A stretch of DNA of 64,000 nucleotides from Marinicella sp. (GCA_965230295.1 OZ246001.1:2752001-2816000), one strand, 5' to 3'; positions 1 to 10,434 are shown, counted from the stretch's first letter. Notes: a model not told the origin generated them from the sequence alone. Translations and numbers: made by a program.

Positions 1-86
1 AAGGTTTGCAACAAATGACTTCACCTGAAGACATTGCTGCCAAGCGTGGCAAGACTCCTGAAGAGGTAATGGAAAATCATGGCTAA
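1..86 (+). CDS. rpsE: 30S ribosomal protein S5, C-terminal end (partial)
   Basis: Frame 3 reads GLQQMTSPEDIAAKRGKTPEEVMENHG*, the typical S5 C-terminus; directly precedes L30. Confidence 0.93.
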   Translation, partial: GLQQMTSPEDIAAKRGKTPEEVMENHG

Positions 87-279
87 AGCAAAGAAAGTTG
101 GTCAAGTTAAAGTGACACAAATCAAAAGTACCAACAAATCATTGGCTAATCACAAGGCCTGTGTCAGAGGATTAGGTATCAGAAAAATGCACCAATCACG
201 TGTGGTTGATGCGACTCCTGAGAACCTAGGAATGATTAACGCAGCTATTCACTTGTTAAAAGTTGAAGAAGTTAAATAA
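79..279 (+). CDS. rpmD: 50S ribosomal protein L30
   Basis: VKVTQIKS...HKACVRGLGIR...TPENLGMI; spc operon order. Confidence 0.97.
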   Translation: MAKAKKVGQVKVTQIKSTNKSLANHKACVRGLGIRKMHQSRVVDATPENLGMINAAIHLLKVEEVK

Positions 280-297
280 TCGTAGGTGGATGAGACT

Positions 298-729
298 ATG
301 AAACTAAATACAATTAAACCTGCAGAAGGATCTACCAAAGTCGGCAAACGTGTTGGCCGTGGTATTGGTTCTGGTTTAGGTAAAACTTGTGGCCGTGGTC
401 ACAAAGGTCAAAAATCACGTTCAGGTGGCTTCCACAAAGTGGGCTTTGAGGGTGGTCAATTACCTATTCATAAAAGATTACCGAAATACGGTTTTACTTC
501 ACAAATGGCCGATTCACGTGCTGAATTGTGTCTGTATCACCTGAATGCAATCGATGCCGCTGATATTGATGTGGCTTACTTGATTGAAAACGGTTATGTG
601 AAAAGGGGTGTGACCAAAGTTAAAGTGATCAACACTGGAACCATTGAGAAGGCGGTTAATCTGAAAGGATTACACGTCACTAAAGGTGCGCAAGCAGCCA
701 TTGAAAAAGCCGGCGGAAAAGTAGAATAA
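298..729 (+). CDS. rplO: 50S ribosomal protein L15
   Basis: MKLNTIKP...[26 protein letters not shown]...GFEGGQ; ATG at 298 preferred. Confidence 0.98.
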   Translation: MKLNTIKPAEGSTKVGKRVGRGIGSGLGKTCGRGHKGQKSRSGGFHKVGFEGGQLPIHKRLPKYGFTSQMADSRAELCLYHLNAIDAADIDVAYLIENGYVKRGVTKVKVINTGTIEKAVNLKGLHVTKGAQAAIEKAGGKVE

Positions 730-730
730 T

Positions 731-2089
731 ATGTCAAGCAGACAAGAACAAGTAGAAAAATTACTCGGTAATAAAAAAGGTTTGAGTGAACTCAAGAGCC
801 GTATTTTATTTGTCATTGGTGCCTTGATCATTTATAGAATGGGCACATTTTTGCCTGTTCCAGGTGTAAACCCTGCCGCCATGGCTGAATTGTTGAAACA
901 AAATTCAGGTGGCCTGTTAGACATGTTTAACATGTTCTCAGGTGGTGCACTGGGCCGTTACTCAATCTTTGCATTGGGTGTGATGCCATACATTACGGCA
1001 TCGATCATCATGCAGATTCTGAGTCACACGGTTCCTGCCTTGCGTGAATTGAAGAAAGAAGGTGAGACCGGGCGTCGCAAGACCACTCAGTACACCCGTT
1101 ACTTCACCATCATTCTGGCTGTTGTGCAATCATTCAGCATCACTTCGGCCTTGCAGAATTTTGATGCAGCTGGCGGTGTGCCAGTGGTTCCACAAGGTGG
1201 ATTCGGCTTCTTATTCACTGCTACAGTGTCATTGACTGGTGGCACCATGTTCTTGATGTGGTTGGGTGAGCAAATCACCGAGCGCGGCATCGGTAATGGT
1301 ATTTCATTGATCATTTTTGCTGGCATCGTGGTTGGTTTACCAGGCGCGGTATACTCAGTATTTAATTTAGTCAGTGAAGGTCAAATGAATGCATTGTGGG
1401 CCTTGTTACTGATGGTGATTGCCTTAGGTTTGACCGCATTCATCGTGTTTGTTGAAAGAGGCCAACGTCGCATCACCATGCAGTTTGCCCGTCGTGGTGG
1501 AAGGCAAGCCACCCAAGCACAAACTTCATACCTGCCTTTGAAAGTTAACATGTCTGGCGTGATCCCTGTGATCTTCGCTTCGTCTTTGGTGTTATTCCCA
1601 AGTACGATTGCCAGCTTTGTGGGTCAAAGTAAAGGTTTTGAATGGTTGACTGACTTATCACAACAACTGACACCTGGTAACACCTTGTACATGATTTTCT
1701 TCGGTATCCTGATTGTGGGTTTTGCGTTTTTCTATACAGCATTGACGTTCAACTCAGACGAAACCGCAGACAATTTGAAACGCCAAAGTGCGGTCATTCC
1801 TGGCATCAGACCAGGTAAACAAACTTCTGTTTATCTAGATGGTGTGTTGACCCGCGTGACATTTTGGGGTTCTTTGTACTTGTTGGGTGTAAGCTTGTTA
1901 CCCGATGTGGTTAATCAATTCATCACTGTACCGTTCGCTTTGGGTGGTACTGGTTTATTGATTGTTGTGGTTGTGGCTATGGATTTTATGGCTCAATTGC
2001 AAAACCATTTGGTGTCACAGCAGTATGATTCTGTGCTGAAAAAATCAAACATTAAGAATTACCGCAGATCCAACAAGATCCGCAGGTAA
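731..2089 (+). CDS. secY: Preprotein translocase subunit SecY
   Basis: SIFALGVMPYITASII, WLGEQITERGIGNGIS, IPGIRPG motifs; multi-pass membrane protein. Confidence 0.99.
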   Translation: MSSRQEQVEKLLGNKKGLSELKSRILFVIGALIIYRMGTFLPVPGVNPAAMAELLKQNSGGLLDMFNMFSGGALGRYSIFALGVMPYITASIIMQILSHTVPALRELKKEGETGRRKTTQYTRYFTIILAVVQSFSITSALQNFDAAGGVPVVPQGGFGFLFTATVSLTGGTMFLMWLGEQITERGIGNGISLIIFAGIVVGLPGAVYSVFNLVSEGQMNALWALLLMVIALGLTAFIVFVERGQRRITMQFARRGGRQATQAQTSYLPLKVNMSGVIPVIFASSLVLFPSTIASFVGQSKGFEWLTDLSQQLTPGNTLYMIFFGILIVGFAFFYTALTFNSDETADNLKRQSAVIPGIRPGKQTSVYLDGVLTRVTFWGSLYLLGVSLLPDVVNQFITVPFALGGTGLLIVVVVAMDFMAQLQNHLVSQQYDSVLKKSNIKNYRRSNKIRR

Positions 2090-2150
2090 AAAAAGTCATT
2101 TCCAGCCTTGCCATTGTTTTTAGAAAATGATGGCATTGCTGTTTTTAATG

Positions 2151-2168
2151 ATATATAATTTGCGCCCT
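2151..2168 (+). promoter_or_regulatory. Probable alpha-operon promoter -10 element with GC-rich discriminator
   Basis: TATAAT at 2154-2159 followed by TTGCGCCC upstream of rpsM; no clear -35. Confidence 0.45.
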
Positions 2169-2179
2169 TTCGTAAGGAT

Positions 2180-2213
2180 ACCCTGATAAATTCAATTGAT
2201 TTATCAGGGTTTT
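2180..2213 (+). other. Perfect 12-bp hairpin followed by a short T run in the secY-rpsM spacer
   Basis: ACCCTGATAAAT-tcaattg-ATTTATCAGGGT-TTT. Confidence 0.6.
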
Positions 2214-2322
2214 CTACAGGGGCAAAGAGGAAAGGTTAAATACCTTTTTGTGTAATATAAAGAGTGATCATCAGCTTCCGGTGAGGGTGATGCCTGCTCT
2301 TTTGAGGATTCAGGAGTAAAAA

Positions 2323-2679
2323 ATGGCTCGTATTGCGGGTGTAAATATACCAGTGCATAAACATGCATGGATCGGCCTGACCAGTATTTATGGTATCGGC
2401 CGTACCAGAGCATATGAAATATGCGAAAGTGCAGGCGTTGATCCAGCTCACAAAGTGGGGCAATTGGATGAAGACGCTTTAGATAAGCTTCGTGCAGAAG
2501 TGGCAAAATTTGATGTTGAAGGTGACCTCCGTCGTGAAGTGGCTATGGACATCAAACGATTAATGGATTTAGGTTGTTATCGCGGTTTGCGTCACAGAAG
2601 GGGTTTACCTGTTCGTGGTCAAAAAACCAAAAATAACGCACGTACCAGAAAAGGTCCTAAAAAACCAATTAAACGTTAA
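2323..2679 (+). CDS. rpsM: 30S ribosomal protein S13
   Basis: [10 protein letters not shown]...[15 protein letters not shown]. Confidence 0.99.
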   Translation: MARIAGVNIPVHKHAWIGLTSIYGIGRTRAYEICESAGVDPAHKVGQLDEDALDKLRAEVAKFDVEGDLRREVAMDIKRLMDLGCYRGLRHRRGLPVRGQKTKNNARTRKGPKKPIKR

Positions 2680-2724
2680 TTGATCCATTGAATATCAATA
2701 GCGATATCAGATTAGAGAATTGTA

Positions 2725-3111
2725 ATGGCAAGACCACAAAAAACTAAAAAGAAAATTAAAAGAACTGTTGTTGACGGCATCGCGCATGTACACGCGTCTT
2801 TCAACAATACCATCATCACGATCACTGACAGACAAGGTAATGGTTTGTCGTGGGCAACGGCTGGTGGGTCTGGATTTAGAGGTTCAAGAAAAAGTACCCC
2901 ATTTGCTGCACAGGTAGCTGCTGACAGAGCAGGCCAAGTGGCTAAGGAATATGGTATGAAAAACATTGAAGTTCGAATTAAAGGTCCAGGTCCAGGCAGA
3001 GAATCATCTGTAAGAGCATTAAACGCCTTAGGTTTTCGTGTAACAAACATCATTGATATTACACCAATTCCTCACAATGGTTGTAGACCACCGAAAAGAC
3101 GTAGGGTGTAA
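2725..3111 (+). CDS. rpsK: 30S ribosomal protein S11
   Basis: [37 protein letters not shown]. Confidence 0.99.
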   Translation: MARPQKTKKKIKRTVVDGIAHVHASFNNTIITITDRQGNGLSWATAGGSGFRGSRKSTPFAAQVAADRAGQVAKEYGMKNIEVRIKGPGPGRESSVRALNALGFRVTNIIDITPIPHNGCRPPKRRRV

Positions 3112-3122
3112 GGAGATATAAA

Positions 3123-3752
3123 ATGGCAAGATATTTAGGTCCAAAATGTAAATTGGCACGTCGTGAAGGCGTCGATTTAATGACTAAAAGCCCTGCTCGT
3201 GCGATGGAGACCAAGTGTAAGCTTGACGTGGCCCCAGGTCAGCACGGTTTAGCCGGCAAAAGAAACAAACCTTCTGACTATGCTTTACAGTTACGCGAAA
3301 AACAAAAAGTTCGCAGAACGTATGGTGTATTAGAAAAACAATTTGTTAACTATTACAAAAAAGCGGCCAAACAAAAAGGTGCAACCGGTGAAAACTTGTT
3401 GAAACTTTTGGAATCACGTTTAGACAACGTGGTTTACCGCATGGGTTTCGCTGTCACCAGAAATGAAGCACGCCAATTGGTGAGCCACAAATCTATTTTG
3501 GTTAATGGCAGTGTCTGTAACATCCCTTCATACCAGGTTAAAGCGGGTGACGAAGTGGAAGTTCGTGAAAAATCTAAAAAACAATTGCGTATCAAGCAAG
3601 CATTAGAGCTGTGGGGCGAAATGAACTTATTCGCCGATTGGGTTACTGTAGACGCAGGCAAAATGACTGGACAGTTTAAATCTGTACCAAATCGTGATGA
3701 CTTACCTGCCGACATCAATGAAAACTTGATTGTTGAGCTTTACTCTAAATAA
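3123..3752 (+). CDS. rpsD: 30S ribosomal protein S4
   Basis: [35 protein letters not shown]. Confidence 0.99.
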   Translation: MARYLGPKCKLARREGVDLMTKSPARAMETKCKLDVAPGQHGLAGKRNKPSDYALQLREKQKVRRTYGVLEKQFVNYYKKAAKQKGATGENLLKLLESRLDNVVYRMGFAVTRNEARQLVSHKSILVNGSVCNIPSYQVKAGDEVEVREKSKKQLRIKQALELWGEMNLFADWVTVDAGKMTGQFKSVPNRDDLPADINENLIVELYSK

Positions 3753-3778
3753 TAACCCTTAAGCAGAGAGATATAACT

Positions 3779-4774
3779 ATGTCTGATATATTAGCTAAAT
3801 TACTTCGCCCACGTGTGGTAGAAGTAGATGAACGCTCTGATTACAGCGCTAAAATAATCATCGAACCTTTGGAAAGAGGTTTTGGACATACTTTGGGTAA
3901 TGCATTCCGCAGAATTTTGCTGTCTTCAATTCCAGGGTGTGCCATCACTGAGGTCAACATCGATGGTGTACAACATGAGTTCTCTACCTTGGAAGGGGTC
4001 AGAGAAGATGTGGTTGAAATTTTATTGAACTTGAAAACTTTGTCTTTCATCATGCCAGATCGTGATGAAGCTGAAATTTCAATCAACGCCACTGGTGGAA
4101 CCGTTACGGCAGCTGACATTCAATTACCAGAAGGTGTTGAAGTGGCCAATCCTGAGCAAGTGATTTGTAACTTAGATAAAAAAGCTTCAATCACCATGCG
4201 CATGACTGTTGAAAAAGGTGTGGGCTATGAGCCTTCAACCGCTCGCATGAATACTGAGGAGTCACGGCCCATTGGACAATTGGTATTGGATGCCAGTTTT
4301 TGTCCGGTTAAACGTGTGGCTTACGATGTTGAAAATGCGCGTTTGCACCAAAAAACCAACCTGGACAAATTGATTCTGGATATTGATACCGATGGTTCAA
4401 TCTCAGCTGAGGATGCGGTTCGTACAGCGGCTCGTATTTTGGTCGAGCAAATGGCCATCTTCATTGACTTCAAGATCGAAACCACGGTTGAAGAAAAAGA
4501 AGAAGTAGAAAAATTAAACCCTATTTTATTGAAACCAATTGATGAATTAGAACTGACTGTTCGTTCAGCCAACTGCTTGAAAGCAGAAAACATTCAATAC
4601 ATAGGTGATTTGATTCAAAGAACTGAAGTTGAGTTATTGAAGACTCCTAACTTAGGTAAGAAATCATTGAATGAAATCAAAGGTGTACTTTCAGAGATGG
4701 GATTGACTCTGGGTGTGCGTTTAGAAAATTGGCCTCCAGCAGCGATCAGAACTGCTGAGCGTCTTATCGGATAA
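3779..4774 (+). CDS. rpoA: RNA polymerase alpha subunit
   Basis: [37 protein letters not shown]. Confidence 0.99.
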   Translation: MSDILAKLLRPRVVEVDERSDYSAKIIIEPLERGFGHTLGNAFRRILLSSIPGCAITEVNIDGVQHEFSTLEGVREDVVEILLNLKTLSFIMPDRDEAEISINATGGTVTAADIQLPEGVEVANPEQVICNLDKKASITMRMTVEKGVGYEPSTARMNTEESRPIGQLVLDASFCPVKRVAYDVENARLHQKTNLDKLILDIDTDGSISAEDAVRTAARILVEQMAIFIDFKIETTVEEKEEVEKLNPILLKPIDELELTVRSANCLKAENIQYIGDLIQRTEVELLKTPNLGKKSLNEIKGVLSEMGLTLGVRLENWPPAAIRTAERLIG

Positions 4775-4785
4775 GGGGCAACATC

Positions 4786-5184
4786 ATGCGTCATAGAAAA
4801 TCAGGTAGAAAACTAAATAGAACTTCATCACACAGAAAAGCGATGTTTAAAAACATGGCAGCTTCTTTGTTTGAGCATGAGTTGATCAAAACCACTGTTC
4901 CTAAAGCAAAAGAACTGCGTAAAGTGGCTGAGAAATTAATCACTTTAGGTAAAGTTGATTCTGTTGCTAACAGAAGATTGGCCTTTGCTCGTTTAAGAAA
5001 CAAAGAAATCGTTAATAAGTTATTCACTGAATTGGGTCCTCGCTACCAAGAGCGCCCAGGTGGGTACTTACGAATTCTGAAATGCGGCTTCCGCACCGGT
5101 GACAATGCACCGATGGCTTTTGTTGAGTTGGTTGACCGACCCATCAAATCTGCTGTTGTAGAAGTGGCTGATGACAGCGAATAA
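4786..5184 (+). CDS. rplQ: 50S ribosomal protein L17
   Basis: [20 protein letters not shown]...RPGGYLRI...GDNAPMA. Confidence 0.99.
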   Translation: MRHRKSGRKLNRTSSHRKAMFKNMAASLFEHELIKTTVPKAKELRKVAEKLITLGKVDSVANRRLAFARLRNKEIVNKLFTELGPRYQERPGGYLRILKCGFRTGDNAPMAFVELVDRPIKSAVVEVADDSE

Positions 5185-5204
5185 AAGCTGTTCATAAAGC
5201 AATC

Positions 5205-5235
5205 AAAAGCCCAGCTTATAGCTGGGTTTTTTTTT
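5205..5235 (+). terminator. Intrinsic terminator of the alpha operon
   Basis: CCCAGCT/AGCTGGG stem followed by a long T tract. Confidence 0.85.
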
Positions 5236-5340
5236 GGATTTTTTTGATATTTAAATGGAATAAAGGGTGTATTGCACGGTCTATATTTGTTAATCTACGC
5301 CTCTACCCCTTAGAAAACAGGAAATATACAGTAAATACCC

Positions 5341-5859
5341 ATGATCACAGTGACAAAAAACCAGTTCAGATTGCTCACCCTTTTGCCTTTTATAACTTGT
5401 GCAGGCTTGTTGGCCTATGCCTTGTATGTAGAGCACGTGATGTTCTTGATGCCATGTAATTTGTGTATCTTACAGCGGGTGGTTTTCGTTGCCATTGGTG
5501 TGTTGTTTTTAATTGGTGCCTTTAAGCCCGTTCAAGGTTGGGGCAGGAAATTACTGGGATTGTTGCTGTTGGTTTCATCGGCAGCAGGCATTGCTTTGGC
5601 TGGAAGACATGTTTGGATGCAGGGCTTGCCGCCTGAGTTGGTTCCTGACTGTGGGCCCAGCTTACAAATGATGATGGAAAACTCATCTATTTGGAATGCC
5701 GTATCTTCGGTATTGTCGGCATCGGGTAACTGCGCTGACATTCAATGGGAATTCTGGGGTATGAGTATGCCCACTTGGACCTTGATTTGTTTCATAGGTC
5801 TGTTTATATACACCATCCTTTGGATGTTCATTAAAATCAGAAGTACATCAGAATCATGA
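5341..5859 (+). CDS. dsbB: Disulfide bond formation protein B
   Basis: PCNLCILQR motif, second Cys pair, four hydrophobic helices. Confidence 0.93.
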   Translation: MITVTKNQFRLLTLLPFITCAGLLAYALYVEHVMFLMPCNLCILQRVVFVAIGVLFLIGAFKPVQGWGRKLLGLLLLVSSAAGIALAGRHVWMQGLPPELVPDCGPSLQMMMENSSIWNAVSSVLSASGNCADIQWEFWGMSMPTWTLICFIGLFIYTILWMFIKIRSTSES

Positions 5860-7217
5860 AAACGTTAAAATCCGATCAACAACGAGAAAATTGGAGCTTA
5901 GAGAGCTGGAAAAACAAAGAAATCAGACAGCAAGCCACTTATCCTGATCAGACTCATTTGAATCAAGCTTTGAATAAGCTGTCCTCATTACCACCACTGG
6001 TCACATCTTGGGAAATCAAACGTTTAAAGAAGTATTTGGCCGAAGTTTCGCGAGGCGAACGATTTTTGGTTCAAGGCGGCGATTGTGCTGAAAGCTTTGC
6101 AGATTGTAATTCTTCTATCATTTCCAACCGCCTTAAGGTTTTGATCCAAATGAGTTTGGTGCTGATCCACGGGTGCCAAACGCCTGTTGTGAGGGTGGGG
6201 CGATTTGCTGGCCAATACGCCAAACCTCGATCGGCTGATCTAGAAACCCGTGATGGGGTGAGCTTACCTTCATTTCGTGGTGACATTGTCAATCAAAATG
6301 AATTCACTGAGGCTGCACGAGTTCCCAATCCGGATAAAATGCTGGAAGCTTATCACCATTCAGCCATGACCATGAATTTCATCCGTGCTTTGGTGGCCGG
6401 CGGTTTTGCTGACATCAGGCACCCAGAATACTGGGACATCGCTTGGGTGAAACATTCTAAGAATGCCGAAAAGTTTCATAATTTGGTCTCACAAATCAAA
6501 GAATCGGTTCAGTTTGCTGAAGTCTTGGTGGGGCGGAAAGTCAATAATTTATCCAGTGTTGAGTTTTTCTCAGCCCATGAGGCCCTGCATTTACATTATG
6601 AGCAGGCCCTGACGCGCACTGTGCCAAGACAGGACGGTTACTTTAACCTGAGCGCACATTTCCCTTGGATTGGCCTCAGAACCAACCAAATTGACAGTGC
6701 CCATGTTGAATTGTTACGTGGGATTGAAAATCCAGTGGGCGTTAAGATTGGTACTGAAACCGATGATGATCATTTGATTGATTTATGTCGTACCCTGAAT
6801 CCCAATAATGAAGCCGGTAAATTGACTTTGATCCACCGATTTGGCGCAAAAAACATTGAGTCCAACTTACCCCGTTTGATCGCAACGGCCAAGAAAGCCG
6901 ATCTGGATGTGGTCTGGTGTGCCGATCCAATGCATGGCAACACCGAAGCCACTTCCAATGGGTATAAAACCCGTCGCTTTGAAAACATCAGCAAAGAAAT
7001 TGAGTTGGCATTCAAAGTACACAAAGCGAATGGGTCTCATTTAGGCGGTGTTCACTTGGAGCTGACTGGTGAAAATGTAACCGAGTGTCTTGGCGGCGCT
7101 AGATCATTACAAGAAGCTGATTTGAGCAAAGCCTACACCACGCAAGTCGATCCACGTTTGAACTATGAGCAGGCGCTGGAATTGGCGTTTTCTATTAAGG
7201 ATTTTTATCATCAGTAA
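5856..7217 (+). CDS. Class II DAHP synthase
   Basis: QGGDCAESF, GRFAGQYAKPRS, DPMHGN, GGVHLELTG, DPRLN class II motifs. Confidence 0.95.
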   Translation: MKTLKSDQQRENWSLESWKNKEIRQQATYPDQTHLNQALNKLSSLPPLVTSWEIKRLKKYLAEVSRGERFLVQGGDCAESFADCNSSIISNRLKVLIQMSLVLIHGCQTPVVRVGRFAGQYAKPRSADLETRDGVSLPSFRGDIVNQNEFTEAARVPNPDKMLEAYHHSAMTMNFIRALVAGGFADIRHPEYWDIAWVKHSKNAEKFHNLVSQIKESVQFAEVLVGRKVNNLSSVEFFSAHEALHLHYEQALTRTVPRQDGYFNLSAHFPWIGLRTNQIDSAHVELLRGIENPVGVKIGTETDDDHLIDLCRTLNPNNEAGKLTLIHRFGAKNIESNLPRLIATAKKADLDVVWCADPMHGNTEATSNGYKTRRFENISKEIELAFKVHKANGSHLGGVHLELTGENVTECLGGARSLQEADLSKAYTTQVDPRLNYEQALELAFSIKDFYHQ

Positions 7218-7239
7218 AGTGTGAGCGCTTTGTAATATG

Positions 7240-7267
7240 AAAAGCCATGCCGATGCATGGCTTTTTT
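7240..7267 (+). terminator. Intrinsic terminator
   Basis: AAAAGCCATGC-cgat-GCATGGCTTTTTT. Confidence 0.85.
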
Positions 7268-7304
7268 GTTATTGTGATTCAATAAACATGTTTTAGAACT
7301 CGTT

Positions 7305-7988
7305 ATGATAGGTAAATGTAAACTATGCCAAGAAGAAACTAATTTACAAAAATCTCATATCATGCCTGAGTTTGTTTTTAGGCCAATGTATGACGATATT
7401 GGTAGGGCAATTGCATTTAATCCATCAGCTGATGAAAAAGGATACATACAAAATGGACCAAAAGAATATATGCTATGCAGGAATTGTGAAGAAATAATTA
7501 ATATCAATGAAACTTACGCGTCAAAACTGTTTAAATCAAAATTTCGTTCCGTCCAGTCATTAAAAATAGCTAACAAATATAGAGTCTCAGGTATTAATTA
7601 CAAAAAGTTAAAATTGTTTTCCATGTCAATTCTTTGGAGAGCAAGTGTATCAAGCCATAGGATGTTTAAATTTGTAAATTGCGGTGAAAAACATAATGAA
7701 ATTCTAAGAAGTAGATTGATAATGAGTGACCCCATGGACGAGAGTGATTATAAATTTATTATCCAACCATTCATTACAGGTGATGGGGATGAAGAGAAAG
7801 TGGTATTTCAACCCATATCTTATAGATTGCAAGGTGCAAAGTGTTATAGGTTTGTTTTTTTGGGGATGTTTTGGTATTGCTTAGTGATTAGCCATAGAAT
7901 CAATGCTCCTAAAGAAATTTTTCTCTCTGAAAGCGGAGAAATAACGATAGTTCCAATTTCAATTGATGTCAGAACTTTGTTTTCATAG
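7305..7988 (+). CDS. Hypothetical AT-rich protein with HNH/zinc-finger-like N-terminus
   Basis: CKLC...SHIMP...MLCRNCE pattern; visibly more AT-rich than flanking genes. Confidence 0.6.
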   Translation: MIGKCKLCQEETNLQKSHIMPEFVFRPMYDDIGRAIAFNPSADEKGYIQNGPKEYMLCRNCEEIININETYASKLFKSKFRSVQSLKIANKYRVSGINYKKLKLFSMSILWRASVSSHRMFKFVNCGEKHNEILRSRLIMSDPMDESDYKFIIQPFITGDGDEEKVVFQPISYRLQGAKCYRFVFLGMFWYCLVISHRINAPKEIFLSESGEITIVPISIDVRTLFS

Positions 7989-8000
7989 AGGTTTAAAAAA

Positions 8001-8313
8001 TGGATCCCCGGGTCAAGCCCGAGGATGACGATAGAAAAGGTTTAAGTGAAAATTTATCCTAATCGAATTACCGGCGGAAGCCGGTATCCAGTGCCTTTTT
8101 GATGATGGTTGATGTTTCTGATTTAATAAAGGTAATCATGTTACCTATACAGATTCAGAGAGACGCTAGATCCCGGCATTCGCCGGGACGACGGTGTTTT
8201 TATGAATCCCAGATGCTGAAGGAGATCCCTTGGTTGCGGTCGGGATGACGGTATTGAGTAAATGGGATTGCTTTAGGAGGTCCTTCGACTCGTTCCACTC
8301 GCTCAGGATGACA
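8001..8313. repeat. Cluster of five short palindromic REP-like units of the CGTC/GTCAT type
   Basis: Units at 8001-8030 (rc CGTCATCCTCGGGCTTGACCCGGGGATCCA), 8065-8098, 8161-8194, 8222-8251 and 8279-8313 (rc TGTCATCCTGAGCGAGTGGAACGAGTCGAAGGACC). Confidence 0.85.
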
Positions 8314-8377
8314 ATTGGCTATTGATCATTGTTGGTTCGATTTGTAACATACCCTTTTTAATTGAATACTTTGTGTC

Positions 8378-9238
8378 ATGGCCAAGCAACAAATCATCCT
8401 TAAACTCAGTTGTCAGGACCAAATCGGGGTGGTGGCGACGGTGTCCAACCATTTTGCTGATAACCGGTTCAACATCATAGAGTCTTCGCAATTTGAAGAT
8501 CCACACACCAATCTGTTCTTCATGCGTACTGTGTTGGAAAATGCCGGGGGTGCAGTGGAATTACAGACCATTCGAAACACATTTACACCCGTGGCAGACA
8601 GCTTATCTATGCGTTGGCAAATTCATGATCGTCACTACAAACCCAAAGTTCTGATCGCAGTTTCCAATTGGGGACATTGTTTGAATGCCATGCTCAATGC
8701 CTGGCGCAATGAAAGTCTGCCAATCGATGTGGTTGGTGTGGTTTCCAATCATCGCATCATGGAAAAAATGGCTGACTGGTATGGCTTGCCTTATCATTAT
8801 CTACCCATTGAGCCAGGTCAAAAAGCCGCACAAGAGTCACAAATCCTGAAAGTCTATCAAGAGAGTGAGGCTGATTTATTGGTTCTGGCGCGGTATATGC
8901 AAATCCTGTCTGCTGAAATGTGCGATCAACTGTCCGGACGCATCATCAACATTCACCATTCTTTCCTGCCTGGCTTCGTGGGTGCCAAACCTTATCACCA
9001 GGCGTTTCACCGTGGGGTCAAGCAAATTGGTGCCACAGCCCATTATGTGACGGCAGATTTGGATGAAGGCCCCATCATTGAACAAGCTGTTGAGCGAGTC
9101 TCACATGCCAACTCCCCTGAAGAATTAACCAACATTGGTCGTGATATCGAAGCCATGGTGCTCAACCGGGCTGTCAAATGGCATGCAGAGCATCGGGTTT
9201 TGATCAATGGGGTCAGAACCGTGGTGTTTAACCGATAA
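8378..9238 (+). CDS. purU: Formyltetrahydrofolate deformylase
   Basis: N-terminal ACT domain, LARYMQILS, INIHHSFLP, GATAHYVTADLDEGPII. Confidence 0.97.
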   Translation: MAKQQIILKLSCQDQIGVVATVSNHFADNRFNIIESSQFEDPHTNLFFMRTVLENAGGAVELQTIRNTFTPVADSLSMRWQIHDRHYKPKVLIAVSNWGHCLNAMLNAWRNESLPIDVVGVVSNHRIMEKMADWYGLPYHYLPIEPGQKAAQESQILKVYQESEADLLVLARYMQILSAEMCDQLSGRIINIHHSFLPGFVGAKPYHQAFHRGVKQIGATAHYVTADLDEGPIIEQAVERVSHANSPEELTNIGRDIEAMVLNRAVKWHAEHRVLINGVRTVVFNR

Positions 9239-9309
9239 TTGTTGGATTTAATATTTTATTGAGGTAATGAAAATTCGTGCTAAAAAGAGTCTTAAATGCT
9301 CAAGGAGCC

Positions 9310-9333
9310 CTTGCCATTATTATGAATGGCAAG
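9310..9333. terminator. Hairpin between convergent genes, possible terminator
   Basis: CTTGCCATT-attatg-AATGGCAAG; no clear T tract. Confidence 0.4.
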
Positions 9334-9376
9334 AACCACCTTTTATCAAGCTTGGGATAATAGGTAAAAGTAGGGT

Positions 9377-9664
9377 TTAAATGCCACAACCCACCATGCA
9401 AATTTCAAAATCCCATTCACAAGCCCTCACTTGAGCAGGCCCTTGCGCAACAGCAAGACATGCCGAGTATGCATTGAGACAATCTATTACGCATTGATTC
9501 GACTTATTTTGATCGCCTTTAAGCTTGTTCAAAATAGGTGATGGTGCTGCTGACTTATTGAACACGGCGTGACTGAATGTGTCTGGTTGAACTTGAGATT
9601 CTCTGTCAATTGCCTGTGCCGATAATGTTGGCAAAGCCAATAAAAATACCCATAAAAATTTCAT
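9377..9664 (-). CDS. Small secreted Cys-rich protein
   Basis: AGGAG RBS, signal peptide MKFLWVFLLALPTLSAQA, six C-terminal Cys. Confidence 0.75.
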   Translation of the reverse strand: MKFLWVFLLALPTLSAQAIDRESQVQPDTFSHAVFNKSAAPSPILNKLKGDQNKSNQCVIDCLNAYSACLAVAQGPAQVRACEWDFEICMVGCGI

Positions 9665-10137
9665 AATGTTTACTCCTAGATATAGTTAGCCTTCCTTAGA
9701 AAATACTCCATTCTTAAATCAGCCATTGCTGGCTTACAGATACTATATGCGACATCGGTGTAAAAAAATATTATAAAAATGTTATTAAATGGTTTATATT
9801 AAAATACAAAATAGTATATAAATTATTGATTTGTTCCTTCTGAAATTCATCAGTTTTGTGGACAATGTCAATAGCTGATGAGGTTATATGGGGCCATGCA
9901 TCGTTGAGACAATGACATCTACAAAGGTGTTAACTGGTCAAGATGCGAATGTTGATTCATTGCTGTCGTTAACTTCAACCAAATTGATTGACTGTCATCT
10001 AGATATTGTATTTGTTGCTTGCGGGATCGGGTGATTAACATCAGTCATCTATCGGTGGACTGGCTTCCAGCCGTAGATTGTCTGTTTGGTTTTAAATTCC
10101 CAAAGACCTCATTGACTCGACCAGAATATGGATTGGA

Positions 10138-10434
10138 TTATTTTCTGTTGTTGAATTGATCCAGCTTTTCCTGACTGACTTCAGTTTGGTGTTTCTCTTT
10201 CCATTCTGAGTATTCCATTTTATAGACTTGGCGTTTGGCTTCATCAATGTCAAGTTCGACACCCAACTCGTTGGCTTCTGCCACCATCCATTTAGACAAA
10301 CAATTGCGGCAGAATTTTGCCAAAATCATCAGATCGATGTTTTGCACTTCTTTGTGGTTATCAAAATGATCAATCAAACGATCAAGGACACGGGCTTTGA
10401 TCAAGGTTTCATTATCCAGAGTTTCTTTGTTCAT
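10138..10434 (-). CDS. DUF1244-like protein
   Basis: VQNIDLMILAKFCRNCLSKW...Y.EWK..HQ signature. Confidence 0.85.
   Translation of the reverse strand: MNKETLDNETLIKARVLDRLIDHFDNHKEVQNIDLMILAKFCRNCLSKWMVAEANELGVELDIDEAKRQVYKMEYSEWKEKHQTEVSQEKLDQFNNRK

Noticed and set aside
1099-5027. Minus-strand ORFs over the ribosomal protein operons, and similar short overlapping ORFs across the window
   Set aside because: Shadow frames of well-supported genes with no independent coding evidence
8001-8313. Hairpin cluster considered as a CRISPR array or integron attC array
   Set aside because: Units differ in sequence and spacing, lack RYYYAAC/GTTRRRY ends, and fit CGTC-type REPs; no cas or integrase
9267-9380. 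37-aa ORF MKIRAKKSLKCSRSPC..., the size of L36 and with a similar start
   Set aside because: Lacks the L36 C-terminal C...H/KQRQG motif, the GAGGT is only 1 nt from the ATG, and it spans a terminator-like hairpin
9888-10034. 48-aa ORF MGPCIVET...VACGIG with a weak GAGG
   Set aside because: No recognisable motif or signal peptide; cannot be told from chance
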